64,000 nt of DNA. It comes from an uncultured Chthonomonadaceae bacterium (GTDB lineage Bacteria; Armatimonadota; Chthonomonadetes; Chthonomonadales; Chthonomonadaceae). The DNA lies in NCBI GenBank assembly GCA_963817895.1, contig CAWFQB010000004.1:160001-224000 (forward strand). The letters are read 5' to 3'. The notes beneath the pieces were generated by a model, which saw only the letters and a list, made by a program, of their open reading frames with translations, was not told the DNA's origin and made no database searches. The translations under genes were made by a program, and so were the position numbers. Positions within the stretch are counted from its first letter, which is position 1. Each line of letters begins with the position of its first letter. Below, one piece after another: positions 40,840-52,223 of the stretch.

Positions 40840-41844
40840 ATGGAATCAGAGCAACCCGAACGGCTGTCACGTCTGCTTGACGAATACTACGCTGCTGATG
40901 CGGCTGATTTGAAGGCGTCCGGCCGTCTGGAAGAAGCAATTCTGGAGGAACTTGCGCCGCTCGTCCGTAGAAAAATAGCGTCCGAGGGGTTTCCGCGCGC
41001 CGAGGCCGAAGACATATTTCAGACAGCGTATTCCAGAACCCTTCACAGATTGAGAAGATACCGCGACAGCAAAACTCCCATTCCGAATATCTTGGGATTG
41101 GCGGCAAGAATCACAGCCTGCCTCCTTGCTGAAGAATTTCGGCGGAATTCTCCCGAGTATCGCATGGAACGCGATGTGCGCGACAGGCTGCGGCGTCCCC
41201 CGCTGAACACCCTGCTGGCGCGCTGGCAGCTGGCGGAGTGGTTGATCGGACTTGTCGAATGGCATGGCACACCCTTTCAGAAGACGCCACGCTATGCCGA
41301 ATTTTGCCGCGATGACACGCGGTTCGCGCAGGAGGGATTGGAGGGACGCCATCCCGCCAACCACAAACAGGTCAAACTACCGGAACTTTTGCTGAAATTT
41401 TTACAATGGGTGGAAACGCCACTGGAAGAAAGCAATCTGATCGCGTGTCTGGTGAGATTGCGGGGTGAATTGCCGCGCGTCATTGTTGCGTTCCCGGAAA
41501 ACGAGGAGAATGAGGAATGGCTCGCCGCGCCAAAACCGCCGGAAGCCAGATGGAACTGGGAATCCTGGTGGCAGGGACTATGCGAATTGCCTCTGATGAG
41601 CCGCGCCGCCATTCTGCTGGTCAGGGAACCGGCAGAACTTGTTTTTATAACCACGCTGGAGAATCCCTGCGCCTACGTTGCCGCCGCGCTGAACATTGAT
41701 CCCGACGAGATGGAGCGTTTGTGGGAGAAACTGCCGCTGACAGACACAGACATCGCTAACCGCTATGAAACCACAGCCAATAACATTCAACAAAGGCGTT
41801 CTTACTATCTGCCCCGGTTGTGGAGGCGGCTTATAGAGCCTTAA
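40840..41844 (+). CDS. Atypical ECF-like sigma-70 factor
   Basis: Region-2-like AEDIFQTAY...LAARIT...FRR; large insertion; region-4-like LPLTDTDIANRYETTANNIQQRR; precedes an anti-sigma-like gene. Confidence 0.65.
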   Translation: MESEQPERLSRLLDEYYAADAADLKASGRLEEAILEELAPLVRRKIASEGFPRAEAEDIFQTAYSRTLHRLRRYRDSKTPIPNILGLAARITACLLAEEFRRNSPEYRMERDVRDRLRRPPLNTLLARWQLAEWLIGLVEWHGTPFQKTPRYAEFCRDDTRFAQEGLEGRHPANHKQVKLPELLLKFLQWVETPLEESNLIACLVRLRGELPRVIVAFPENEENEEWLAAPKPPEARWNWESWWQGLCELPLMSRAAILLVREPAELVFITTLENPCAYVAAALNIDPDEMERLWEKLPLTDTDIANRYETTANNIQQRRSYYLPRLWRRLIEP

Positions 41845-41995
41845 CCTTTGAAGTTTGCTTGTGTAAGTTTGCTTGCTGTCAGGCGCTTTGATGTAAGAAT
41901 CCTGAAATCGCGCCAACTATTGTGTAGGAGAGCAACCCAATAGACTGCAAAATTGTTCTCAAAAACTGACCCTGAAATTGGATAAATCACTTTCG

Positions 41996-43634
41996 ATGAA
42001 CGAAACCAATCCACATTTGACACCCTCGGAAATTGACCGCATCCTCGCCAATGCGCGGCATCCTGACCCTTCCGCTGAAGCCGCGAACGCGCATCTGAGG
42101 GAGTGTGAGCCATGCCGCCGCGCCCTGCGCTCCCACGCGCCCGCCGTCGAAGCCCGTCTGCTGCATCTGTTTGCCCGAACGGAAAGCGATGCGCCGACAA
42201 CGAAATCAGCAAATACTACAGGGGCGGCAAGCGAATGGGAGCAAGAGGAATGGGCTGATGAGGAATGGATGCGGGCGGAGGACACGGAAAGCGGCTGGCT
42301 GCAAGAGGAGTGGGGATGTGTCGCGCAGGAGGATTTGTCCCGCTACGTTGCCGATGAACTCAGCGCGTCCGACAGAACGCGCGTCGAGACACATCTTCAG
42401 GAGTGCCATCTGTGCCGCCGGGACGCGCGGGAACTACTACAGCTTCACAAAGATGCCGAAGAACTGGTTCAATCCCTGTCCGGTTCCGCCACCTTTGCGC
42501 CGCAAGTCGCGCCACCTGTTACAGCCCCCGCTTCCCCGCAGCCTGAAATCTGACTCCGCCGCGCCTGCCGAAACGCCGAAAGTTGACGCGCCGCCTGTCA
42601 ATGACGCAAAAACGGTATGGCAGCGTTGGCGCGCGAAATGGCTGCCCGACCCTCTGTTCGCGCCGAACTCGCTTTTCCCGTTGGGAGTGGGCGCGGCGTT
42701 TGCGGCCAGCGTACTGATGTTCGGGTTTATCCTGCCCCTGCGCCAACAGCTAAACGCGCAAGTTGAAGCGCAAAAGGGGGCGGCTGCCCTGCGAATAAAG
42801 GAAGATGCCGCGCAATCCGCGCGTCTTCAGGCCGAACGGGAACAGGCCGGACAACAGCAGGCGCAAGCGCTTGCGCAAAACCGAGCGCAAGCGGCCCAAC
42901 TCCAAAAAACGCAGCGGGAATTGGCAATGGCGCGTGAGTTACAGAAGCAGAATCCTCTAGCCGGGGCGACTCCGTTGCCGAATAACGCATCGGGCGAACA
43001 AATTTTCAGCGACAAACAGGGCAGATTGGTTCGCTTGCAGAGGATAGACGCAGGCATAAGCAAAATTTATTCTCATCCTGACCTCGCCTTTGCGGAAGGC
43101 CAAAGTCGGGTTGGCAATCTTGCGTCCGGGCGAGGTGTTACGTTGGGCAGCGGGCACGATCCGACAGCCGCCATTACGTTGCTTACGCCAGTCGCCTGCG
43201 TGGTCGCCTCCACAACACCGAAATTCCAATGGCGTCCTCTTAACGGTACTGTGCGCTATCAGGTTCAGATACGGGAGGTGAACAGTTCCGTTGAACTCTC
43301 TGCAAGCAGGGAACTTGATGCTGCGGAATGGACTCGCGGTGAGCCATTGCGTCGGGGCGTCCTGTATTCGTGGCAGGTTGTCGCCATAAAGAGCAACGGC
43401 GAGAAAATCCCTTCCGACAGCAAAACGTTCCAGGTGTTGGACGCGCAAACGGCGGCGCAAATAGACAGTCTTGCGGGTTCCCCCCTCCTGCGCGGCCTGC
43501 TGTATACCAACGCGGGCGCATTTTTGGAGGCCGAACAGGAGTTCAGGCAGTATCAACAGGCCAACCCCCATTCGCCACAGGCGCGTTCGCTGTTGAAGCG
43601 AATTCAGGCGCTCCGGCAAACCTTCCAAAAGTAA
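41996..43634 (+). CDS. Membrane anti-sigma-like protein with two zf-HC2 motifs (frameshift near 42550)
   Basis: HLRECEPCR and HLQECHLCR; TM LGVGAAFAASVLMFGFIL; coiled coil; DUF928-like PKFQW...YSWQV; terminal TPR-like helix pair. Confidence 0.78.
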
Positions 43635-43861
43635 GGGCAGGGCAAGTCCTCGAATTAACGTGGAAACAGAAACGTACATAAAGCAACTGTAGCGTAGAAA
43701 AATGCATGCCGTCTGGCAGCGTAAATTGCCGACACGTTTTTCGTCCGCAGGATGATTGGCCGCAGGCCTAACAACTGGCATTTTATATGCCGGTTCCAAT
43801 GATTTCACTCGCGTTCATTCGCGTTTATTCGCGGCTCTATTTTGGATGTCAGGAGAGTGGT

Positions 43862-45214
43862 ATGTCTGCTGTCGCGCTTGTTCCCGGTCCGAAAGGCAGT
43901 GCCATTTGGGGAAACATGCCCGCGTTTCGGCGCGACCCGCTGAACTTTTTGCTGCATTGCGTTCAGGAGTACGGCGACTGGGTTCCGCTGCGGCTTGGCC
44001 CGCGCCGCGCTTTTTTCGTCAACAGCCCGGATGACATTGAAGAGATTCTGGTGGCGCAGTATCGCCACTTCAGCAAAGGCCCCGGCCTGCGCCGCAGCAA
44101 AATGCTGTTCGGCAACGGCCTGCTGACAAGCGAGGGGGATTTCTGGCGGCGACAGCGCAAACTCGCGCAGCCGGCGTTCCATCGCGAACGCATCGCGGGT
44201 TACGCGCAAATCATGGTGGACGAAACGCGCTCGTATGTGGCGGGCTGGAAAGCAGGCGAAACGCGCGATATTCACCGCGAAATGACGCGATTGACAATGC
44301 CGATTGCCCTCAAAACCCTGTTCGGCTCGGAACTGGAAAATCTGGAAAGAGTCTCCAAATCCATAGAATTGACGCAGAGCCATTTCCAAAAGTGGATACA
44401 CTTCTTCGCCATGCTGCCCGCCTGGATTCCCACGCCCCGCCTGCCCGAACTGACTCGCGCCGTTACCGAACTGGACGCGATTGTGTACAAGTTGATTGCC
44501 CACCGCCGCGCGAGCGGCGAAGATAGGGGCGATCTGCTTTCCATGTTGCTGCGCGCGCAGGTGGAGGAAGTCGAAGGGGAAAACAAGAGTGAAATTGGCG
44601 AGGCAATGACGGATAAGCAACTGCGCGACGAGGTGCTGACGCTGTTTCTCGCCGGACACGAAACCACCGCGCTGGCCCTGACGTGGACACTCTATCTGCT
44701 GGCGCAGTATCCCGACGTGGAAGCGAAACTGCGCGCGGAAGTGGAAGCCGTATTGGGCAATCGTCCCGCCACAGCAGCCGACAAACCCAATCTGAAATAC
44801 GCGGAGCAGGTGATACAGGAATCTCTTCGCCTGTACCCGCCCGCGTGGGTCATGGGGCGCACCCCGTTTGAAGATTGTACGATTAACGGACACCCGGTAG
44901 CGCAGGGCAGTACAATCATCATCAGCCAGTGGGTCGCGCATCGCAATCCGCGCTTCTTTCCCGACCCCGAAACGTTCCAACCGGAGCGTTGGGAGGGGGA
45001 TTTCGCCCGCGCGCTGCCCAAATACGCTTATTTCCCGTTCGGCGGCGGGCCGCGCGTGTGCATCGGCAACACCTTCGCCCTCATGGAGTCTGTACTCGTG
45101 CTGGCAACCCTGCTGCAATCCTGCCGCTTCCAACTCGTACCCGGTCAGAATATCGTTTTACAGCCCGCCGTCACCCTCCGCCCCCGCGACGGAATCCAAA
45201 TGAAACTGCTATGA
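43862..45214 (+). CDS. Cytochrome P450
   Basis: AGHETT, ESLRLYPP, PERW and FGGGPRVCIG. Confidence 0.97.
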   Translation: MSAVALVPGPKGSAIWGNMPAFRRDPLNFLLHCVQEYGDWVPLRLGPRRAFFVNSPDDIEEILVAQYRHFSKGPGLRRSKMLFGNGLLTSEGDFWRRQRKLAQPAFHRERIAGYAQIMVDETRSYVAGWKAGETRDIHREMTRLTMPIALKTLFGSELENLERVSKSIELTQSHFQKWIHFFAMLPAWIPTPRLPELTRAVTELDAIVYKLIAHRRASGEDRGDLLSMLLRAQVEEVEGENKSEIGEAMTDKQLRDEVLTLFLAGHETTALALTWTLYLLAQYPDVEAKLRAEVEAVLGNRPATAADKPNLKYAEQVIQESLRLYPPAWVMGRTPFEDCTINGHPVAQGSTIIISQWVAHRNPRFFPDPETFQPERWEGDFARALPKYAYFPFGGGPRVCIGNTFALMESVLVLATLLQSCRFQLVPGQNIVLQPAVTLRPRDGIQMKLL

Positions 45215-45326
45215 GATTCGCCTTCTGATGAGGATTGGACAAATACCATTCTCAACTATCTCAACGGCAAAGCAAAAAAGCCTGAAACACAGAAATATGT
45301 GCCGATTTATTCTCGGCGGAACGTTG

Positions 45327-45332
45327 TATAAT
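45327..45332 (+). promoter_or_regulatory. -10 element of the TA operon
   Basis: TATAAT about 40 nt upstream of an AGGAGG-led start. Confidence 0.45.
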
Positions 45333-45370
45333 GAAAATATAACTGTCTACCTCAGAAGGAGGATGTACCT

Positions 45371-45586
45371 ATGAACGCGCATCGCATTGAAACAACTTTA
45401 TCCTCAGATCGCACTTTGATCTTGCTGGACTTGCCGTTCAAACCCGGCGCGTCCATTGAGGTAATCATATTAGAAACGCCTGAATCTGATGATGTTGCGC
45501 CCCGTTATCCGTTACGCGGCACACCTTACCGCTTTGACTCTCCATTTGAGCCTGTTGCTGCCGGGGAGTGGGAATCCGCAAAATGA
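45371..45586 (+). CDS. Putative antitoxin
   Basis: 71 aa LPFKPGASIEVIIL...YPLRG...PFEPV; ATGA-coupled to the PIN gene. Confidence 0.75.
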   Translation: MNAHRIETTLSSDRTLILLDLPFKPGASIEVIILETPESDDVAPRYPLRGTPYRFDSPFEPVAAGEWESAK

Positions 45587-46011
45587 GCGCTGAAGAAACG
45601 ACCCTCCACGAGATGCTCATTATTGACACTCATATCTGGATTTGGTGGGTACAAGGTGACGCTCAACTTGACGCTGAAAATGCGCAGATATTAAGTGACA
45701 ACGAACCTTATGGCATCGGCGTTAGCGCTATTTCCTGTTGGGAGATTGCAAAACTGGTTGAGTACGGTAAACTGCAACTTCCGCTTCCTGTGGAACAATG
45801 GCTTCAAGTTGCCCTGAATTACCCCGGCGTTCGCCTCCTCGATCTCAGTCCGCGTATCGCTGTTGAATCAACGCAACTACCCGGCGCTTTCCATAAAGAC
45901 CCTGCGGATCAAATCATTGTTGCGACTGCTCGCGTTTACGGCTGTCCCCTGATGACTGTGGATCATAAGATACTTGCGTACCCGCATGTCAGAAAAATTG
46001 GTGTTGTATAG
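45583..46011 (+). CDS. vapC: VapC/PIN-domain toxin
   Basis: IDTHIWIWW, SAISCWEIA, HKDPADQIIVATA and TVD. Confidence 0.9.
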   Translation: MSAEETTLHEMLIIDTHIWIWWVQGDAQLDAENAQILSDNEPYGIGVSAISCWEIAKLVEYGKLQLPLPVEQWLQVALNYPGVRLLDLSPRIAVESTQLPGAFHKDPADQIIVATARVYGCPLMTVDHKILAYPHVRKIGVV

Positions 46012-46032
46012 CCTGATCAGGAGTACATTCTA

Positions 46033-46729
46033 TCAGACAACCGGGAGAAGTTCAGACACGCGAATATGGGTATCGGGACGGGCGAACGTGGTAATGTCGG
46101 CTTCCTCGTTGTATGCGGTTATTTCCGCGTAGCCGGTCGGCGTGGGATTGCGGTGTACCGCAAACCGACGTTCCTTGAGGTCGGCAACCCAGTATTCCAC
46201 GATACCGGCGCGGGCGTACAGCAGGGCTTTGTTGTTTAAATCGAAGTTCACAGTCAAGGCGGACACTTCCACGACAAGCAAAACCTCGGCAGGGGACGGT
46301 TCGTTACCGGACAGGGACGCGAGTGGAAGCGACAATACGGACACATCCGGTTCCGGCGCATTGATTTCCGCATCCGTCAGGTCAACGCCCACCGACATCT
46401 GGCACTGTATGAAAGCGTCCCCGATACGCGCGCCAACCAGAGGGTAATCAGCATTACAGTGACAGTATCTTTGCACTTTTCCACTTTTTGAGATACAAGC
46501 AAGCGAACAGGCAATATCACTTTCCTATCTCATTTTTCAAAAAGTGCAAAGATACTGCAGTGATTCTGTGCGGTAAATTCTGCGCCATTTTGAAAACAAT
46601 CTCCCCGTCAATCAGTTCGTAACGCGCGGTCAGCAATCCGCTTTCTTCCAGAAACTCGCACTCTTGCCGGGTAAACCGTTTGCGGTTCGGCGTTGGTCCC
46701 CACCCGGTCGGCGTCAATGTATCCGTCAT
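46033..46729 (-). pseudogene. Uma2 family endonuclease interrupted by a MITE
   Basis: RYELIDGEI...PH | insertion | PEPDV, LLVVEVS and KALLYARAGIVEYWV. Confidence 0.85.
46463..46557. mobile_element. 95-bp MITE with 18-bp TIRs and 6-bp target-site duplication
   Basis: TIR cagtatctttgcactttt (46463-46480) and its reverse complement (46540-46557); flanked by CAGTGA at 46457-46462 and 46558-46563. Confidence 0.9.
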
Positions 46730-46827
46730 GGCGTTCCTCCTCATTTCTTTGTCCAGATATTCTCGAAAACTCTCTATGAAACCTCTGTGTCTCTGTGTCT
46801 CTGTGGTGAAATGCTTGTTTCAAACGT

Positions 46828-49800
46828 CTAGCGCGAATTCATACGGCAGATAGGCGCGATGACGAACAATTGCGCGGCCATCCATACGGGCGCAAGGGAC
46901 TGCCGACTGTCGCGGGCAATGCGGCGAATGATCTGTGGGAACAGTCTTTGCAGCATTTTGGTTTGCGCAAACGTCGGCAGGGTATTGATGGCCTGCCGCA
47001 CCTGCTTGCGCGCGTCTGCGAACGCGCCGGCTTTGCTGGAAGCGTCTGCCGCCTGCACACCCACCAACCCGGTCACGAGCGGATACAGGAACTGGTAATA
47101 GGCGGGCAGGGACGACGTTTCGCACCCGGCGAAGATACTCCTGCGCAGGCTGCGGTTGCGCCGGACAGCGCGGCATCGAGGGCCAGCCAGAGGGCGTGTC
47201 TGGCCGTGCAGTTATCCCCCCGCAGGGTCAGGGCATGGCGATGAATGGGCGCGGCTTCTTCGTCGCGGTTCAGGTTGCGCAGGGACACGGCGCGGTTGAG
47301 CAGCATCCAGCTTTGCGCGTCGCTTCGGGTTTGCCAGTCCTGCGTCCACTCCACCGCCTTCTCGTGCTGCCGCAGGGTTGTCAGCGCATACGCCACGCTG
47401 CCCCAGGTTTCATCGTGTCGGCGCAGCAGGGCGCGATGCAGATGCGCGAATTTGTTGAACGCTTCCACGTTTTTCGCTTCGCTCAACGCCTGCCACCCAA
47501 CCGGCAAGAGCGCGAACGCCGATCTTGCCCCGCGCCGCCAGACGTTCCAAACGCGATTCCGCCTGCCACTCGCCCCGCTGTACGCAGTCTTTGGCCCAGT
47601 GCCAACCCACAACCGGCTGCGCATCCGGCTGCTCGACTAATTGCGCCAGGAGGGGCGTTAGCGATTGCCCATAACCGGCATTCCGCAGCCGTTTCAGGGC
47701 TTCCTCAATGTCGTCGCTAATATCGCCGGGAAGCAGGCAAAGCGCGTGAAGGTAATGAAGAGCGGTTCGCTCGTCCTTGCGATGCAGGGCCAGGCGAATG
47801 GCGAGAACATGCGACCAGCCTTCCCGCCCCCGCGCCAGCAGCGCGTCAACCGTCTGCTGCGCCAGAGGGGTTTCCCCATCCTCCATCTGCATCTCGAACA
47901 GGGCGACGCCCGCATACGCCGCGTCCGATGACACCATAATCGCTCGCCAGAACGCCTGTTTCGCGCCGTTTTTATCGCCGCTTTTGCGCAAAGCGTCGGC
48001 AAGGTACGTGTGGGAAATGGCGTCCTGCGGATCAAGGGCGACCATGCGCCGCGCGGCCTCCTGGTACACGTCCACGACGTTCTGGCTGCGGCTCCAGCGC
48101 GCCAGTTGTGTCCATCCCCACAGGTAGTTGGGATCATCGGCAAGCAGAGTTCGCATCTGCGTCAGGGCCTCGCGTACATGGCCCCGTTCCGCCGTGACCC
48201 AGGCCATTCGCGCCCGCAGGGAGGTCGGCACAGCCTGCCCCGCAGGAGGCTGGCAGGCGCGCAGGGCGTCGTCGAATCGTCCCTGTTCCGTCAGCAATAC
48301 CGCCTTGAGCGCATACGCCTCGTAACTGCGGGGATTGAGGAGAATGGCGCGATCCAACGCCGCCAACCGTTCGTCCAGCAGTTCAGGGCGATCCAGCGCC
48401 TTCGCCAGCATCAGCCACGAGCGCACTTCGCCCGGACGCCTGCGTGTCAGGTCGCGCAGGGCTTCTTCGGCCTCGTTGCGCCTTCCGGTCTGCTCCGACC
48501 AGTCGTGCAGGGCTTCCCACGCCCATCCATAGGCCGGTTCCAGGCGGGTAATGGCGCGGGCCTGCTCCACGGCCTCCTCGCGTTTCCCCATCTGCCAGAG
48601 CGTGTACGCCATGCCGGACAGGGTTTCCACGTCCTGCGGGTCGCGCATCAGGGCGGTCTGGAGAACCTGCCGCGACTCGTCCCATCGTCCCTGATCGCGA
48701 TAACTTACGCCCAACTGCCGCGCCAGGGGCGCGTAATCGGGAAACATCCGCATAGCCTGCTGTAGTATTTCCTGTTCGCCCGCCGGGTTCGCCTGCGCTT
48801 TTCGCGCGCCCGCCAGATCTTGCCACAACGCGGGATTGAGCGGAAAGCGGGTCGTAGCCTGCATTGCCAGTTGTTCGGCTTCGGGGGCGCGATCCAGGCC
48901 AATCAACTGCTGAATGGCGGCAGACCAGGCATGCCACAGGTCAGGGCGCTCCCGCAGGGTTACGTAAACTGCGCTGTATATCTCTTCGGGCGACAGGATA
49001 CCCTTCGCGTGCTGCCGGAATCCGAGCAGTCCGTCGCCATAGACCGTTTGCCGCTGCAATTCCGTCTGAATGAAGTAGATCGCTTCCCGTTTTTGCGCGG
49101 GCGTGTCACACGCGCCGACGAAACGGCCCAGAGCGTAATCGTTGTCAACAGAAAGCGTGATGGCGCGGCGATAATGGTCGCGCGCCGCGTCCCATTTGCC
49201 CATTTGCCCGCACAAATCGCCGAACACGGCGTAACCATAGGTGGTGTTGGGTTCCAGCAGGAGGGCCTGCTCCGCATGAAGCAGCGCCTCGTCTATGCGG
49301 TTCTGGTCGCCAAGCAGATGCGCCAGTTCGCGCCGCGCCCAGGCATCGGCGGGGTCAATGTCAATCAAGTGGCGCAAAACGCGCTCGTGGGCGGCGGCAT
49401 CGTGTTCCAGATCGTTGCCGCGCATCCATTTGGCCCACTGCTGATGCAGGCCGCAGTGGTGCGGGAAGCGGGCGGTAATCGCCTCGAAATGCTGCTGTAC
49501 CGCGCCCGGTCCGATGGATTGAAGCAGCAGATTGGCAACAGCCGCGTGCGCGTCAAGCGCCAGCGGGGCAAGGGCTAAAACCTCGCGCCAGCAGGCGAGA
49601 GAGAGCGTGTTATCATTGGCATGGCCGGCAATTTGCGCCTGCGCCCGCAGCCAGTCCACGCGGGGCGTTTTGTCGCGAGCGGCTTCCAGCAGGGTTTGGG
49701 CGGCGGGCAGTTGGTTGTGCCGGGCGCGCTGTCGGGCCGCGAACAGCAGCAGTTTGCCATCCTCCGGTCGGCGCGACAGCGCCTGTTCCAGAACGGCAAA

Positions 49801-52013
49801 CGCCTCCTGCGAACGATCCAACTCCATCAGAGCGGCATACAGCGTGTGCGCGGGGAGCGTGGATTGCTTGCCCAATCGTTCAAAGCGATTGCGCAGAAAT
49901 GCCAACGCGCTTTCGGTCTGCCGCAGATAGCGGGCCGCCGCGAAATACGCGCGCGCCAGACTTTCACTGGTATTTTCCAGACACGCGGCGAAACGGTACA
50001 GGGTAAACGCTTCGTCAAACTCCTGCCGCTCCCACAGGATGTTGGCGAGTATAAACAGATTGCCCGCTTCCGGGGACGGCGGCGAATGGCGCGTTTCAGC
50101 AGAAGCAGGGCGCGTTCGTGTTCGCGGGCATCATCGGCAAGCTCCTGCGCGTACTGCTGCCAGAACAGGGGCGCGGCGGCGGCAAGAGAAAACTGCGTGG
50201 AAGCGGCATCTCTGCCCGTTTCCGGCGTTGCGGCATCCTCTTGCGCCTCTGTTTTTCCCCATGCGGACGCCTGCCGGCATAATGTTTGCAGCAAATTCAG
50301 GCGCTCGTCACGGCGCGACAGGCGATGCAGACACGAGATATGCGCCATTTTCAGGTTCGCGTCTTCGGGAAAGCGCGCTTCCAGTTGTTGCGTGCAGGCG
50401 AGAATTTCCACCCCGTCCTCATCGTAAAAGGCCAGGGCGCGGCGGGCCTCCAGGACAAGAGTATGCTCCCCCGCCTGCGCCTGCATGATCTCGTATTCGT
50501 TCTGCGCGGCAGCGCGGTCATGCCGCACAAGGGCGCGGGAAAGCCGGTAGTAGCGGTCGTACAAAGCCTCATCGGGCAGTTCGATGCCGTCCAGCAGATG
50601 GGCGCTTTCCGGTGGCGCGAAGACCATGCCGGTCGGCCCGATGGCGCGCAGGGATTGCAGCATCTCCTCCGCCAGCGCCTCGCGAATGGCGCGAACGTAT
50701 GGGTCGCGTATCAGGAACGTGCCTCGCCGCGAATCGTAGCCGATCACGGCCTGCAAATGCGCGTAGCCCGGCCCTGCGGTTGTCAGCGTAAACGGGACGC
50801 CCCTGTCCAGCAACTGCCGCGCGCTGTCCCACGTCACGCGGAAATCGCGGGCCGTCCAGCCGCGCGATTCGGCCCAGTATCGCTCATTGTGCCAGGGCGT
50901 CCCGTTGTAGCAGATGTCGTCCGCGATTTCCAGATGGTCTACCGTCTGCTGCCAGAATCGGCCCAGAGTGGCGAGCGTAGCCGGGGCGCAGGTCATGTGA
51001 TGCTGCCGCACCCATCCGACGGGCAGTTGTACGCGGGTGGCGTCGGGAAGCGCGGCTTCCATGTTGGCGACAATGCGCGCGAAATACGGCGACTCGGATT
51101 GCTGCGCAAGCGCAATGGCGGCAGCGTAATCGCCGTTATGGTACGCCAGGTCGGAACGGATGCTTGCGATCCATAAATGCAGCTCTTTGCCCGCAAGCGG
51201 CGCCAGGATTTCCAGGCGTTCCAGCGCCACGCCGGCTTCCGGGTACATCTGCCGTTCCAACAGCATACCAAGCAGTTGATGCGTGATAACCGTGCTTTCC
51301 AGGCGTTCCGAAGCGGATTGGAGCTGTTCCAGCGCCTCCTCATCGCGGCCCAGGAGAACCAGTCCCTGCGCGACCGCCTGCACACCCGCCCGATACCAGG
51401 GCTGCAATTGCAGCGATTTTTTGGCCGCGCTCAGAGCCTCCTCGTAACGGTCGGCCTGCTCCAATGCGCTCGACCGCTCCACCCATACCCAGGGATTGTC
51501 GGGCGCAAGGGCGACGGCCTGCGCAAACCAGGCGTCGGCGGTATCGAAATCGCGCAGGGTGGCCGCGACCAGACCGCGCAGGGACAGCCATTCGGCCCGG
51601 TCGCTGCTTTCCGCTGCGGGATGCGCGTCATCGGGTTCTCCCAACCGGTTCATGGTTTTCCAGGCGGCGAGCGGCCCTTTGCGCTCCATCACAACCCGCG
51701 CATAAGCGTAACGGGCGCGGGGATGCCTGCGATCCAGGCGGTACGCGCGCAGGTGCAGCCAGTCCGCCAGTTCCTCATCGCCCAGATTGGCGGCCAGCCG
51801 CCCCGCCAGGTCACAGGAGGAGGCATCCCGCAGACCGGTGAACGGCAAATAGGGTTCCAGAACGGCATACGCCTGCAGGTACAATCCCTGCTCGACGAGT
51901 TCGCGCGCCCGCCCCATATCCCTGTTGGAAAAACGCGAAGAATCGTTGGCAGGCGAGTCGGTAAAGGAAGCGGAAAGCGCCTCGGTTGGGTTCGTTATCG
52001 TGAGCATTGACAT
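46828..52013 (-). CDS. Giant TPR protein with central C39-like (papain-fold) peptidase domain (several frameshifts)
   Basis: VRQHHMTCAPATL and AHLQAVIGYD...RDP; TPR arrays on both sides; about 1700 aa across four or more ORF pieces. Confidence 0.8.
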
Positions 52014-52223
52014 AATGAATTTGACAGTTCAGGGCAGGAAAAAGGTTCAGGTTCTCTTCTTCTCTTCTGTTCTTTTCCTCTGTGAAACCTCTGTGTCTCT
52101 GTGCCTCTGTGGTGAATGATTTTTCCATTTGCAGGGCAGGAATATCGCGCCTTCGTGGGGAATGTTTCCGGCACAGCGGACGCCTGCGCCCGCGTAACTT
52201 TGTATCACAGGAGATATTCGCCA

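Noticed and set aside
43805..45133. Long antisense ORFs (also 14619-15614, 31648-32907, 12004-13047)
   Set aside because: Shadows of GC-rich genes on the opposite strand with no recognisable motifs.
36644..45214. Repeat peptide + P450 as a RiPP cluster
   Set aside because: The repeats lack Tyr/Trp, the peptide has a Sec-type leader, and the genes are 7 kb apart on opposite strands.
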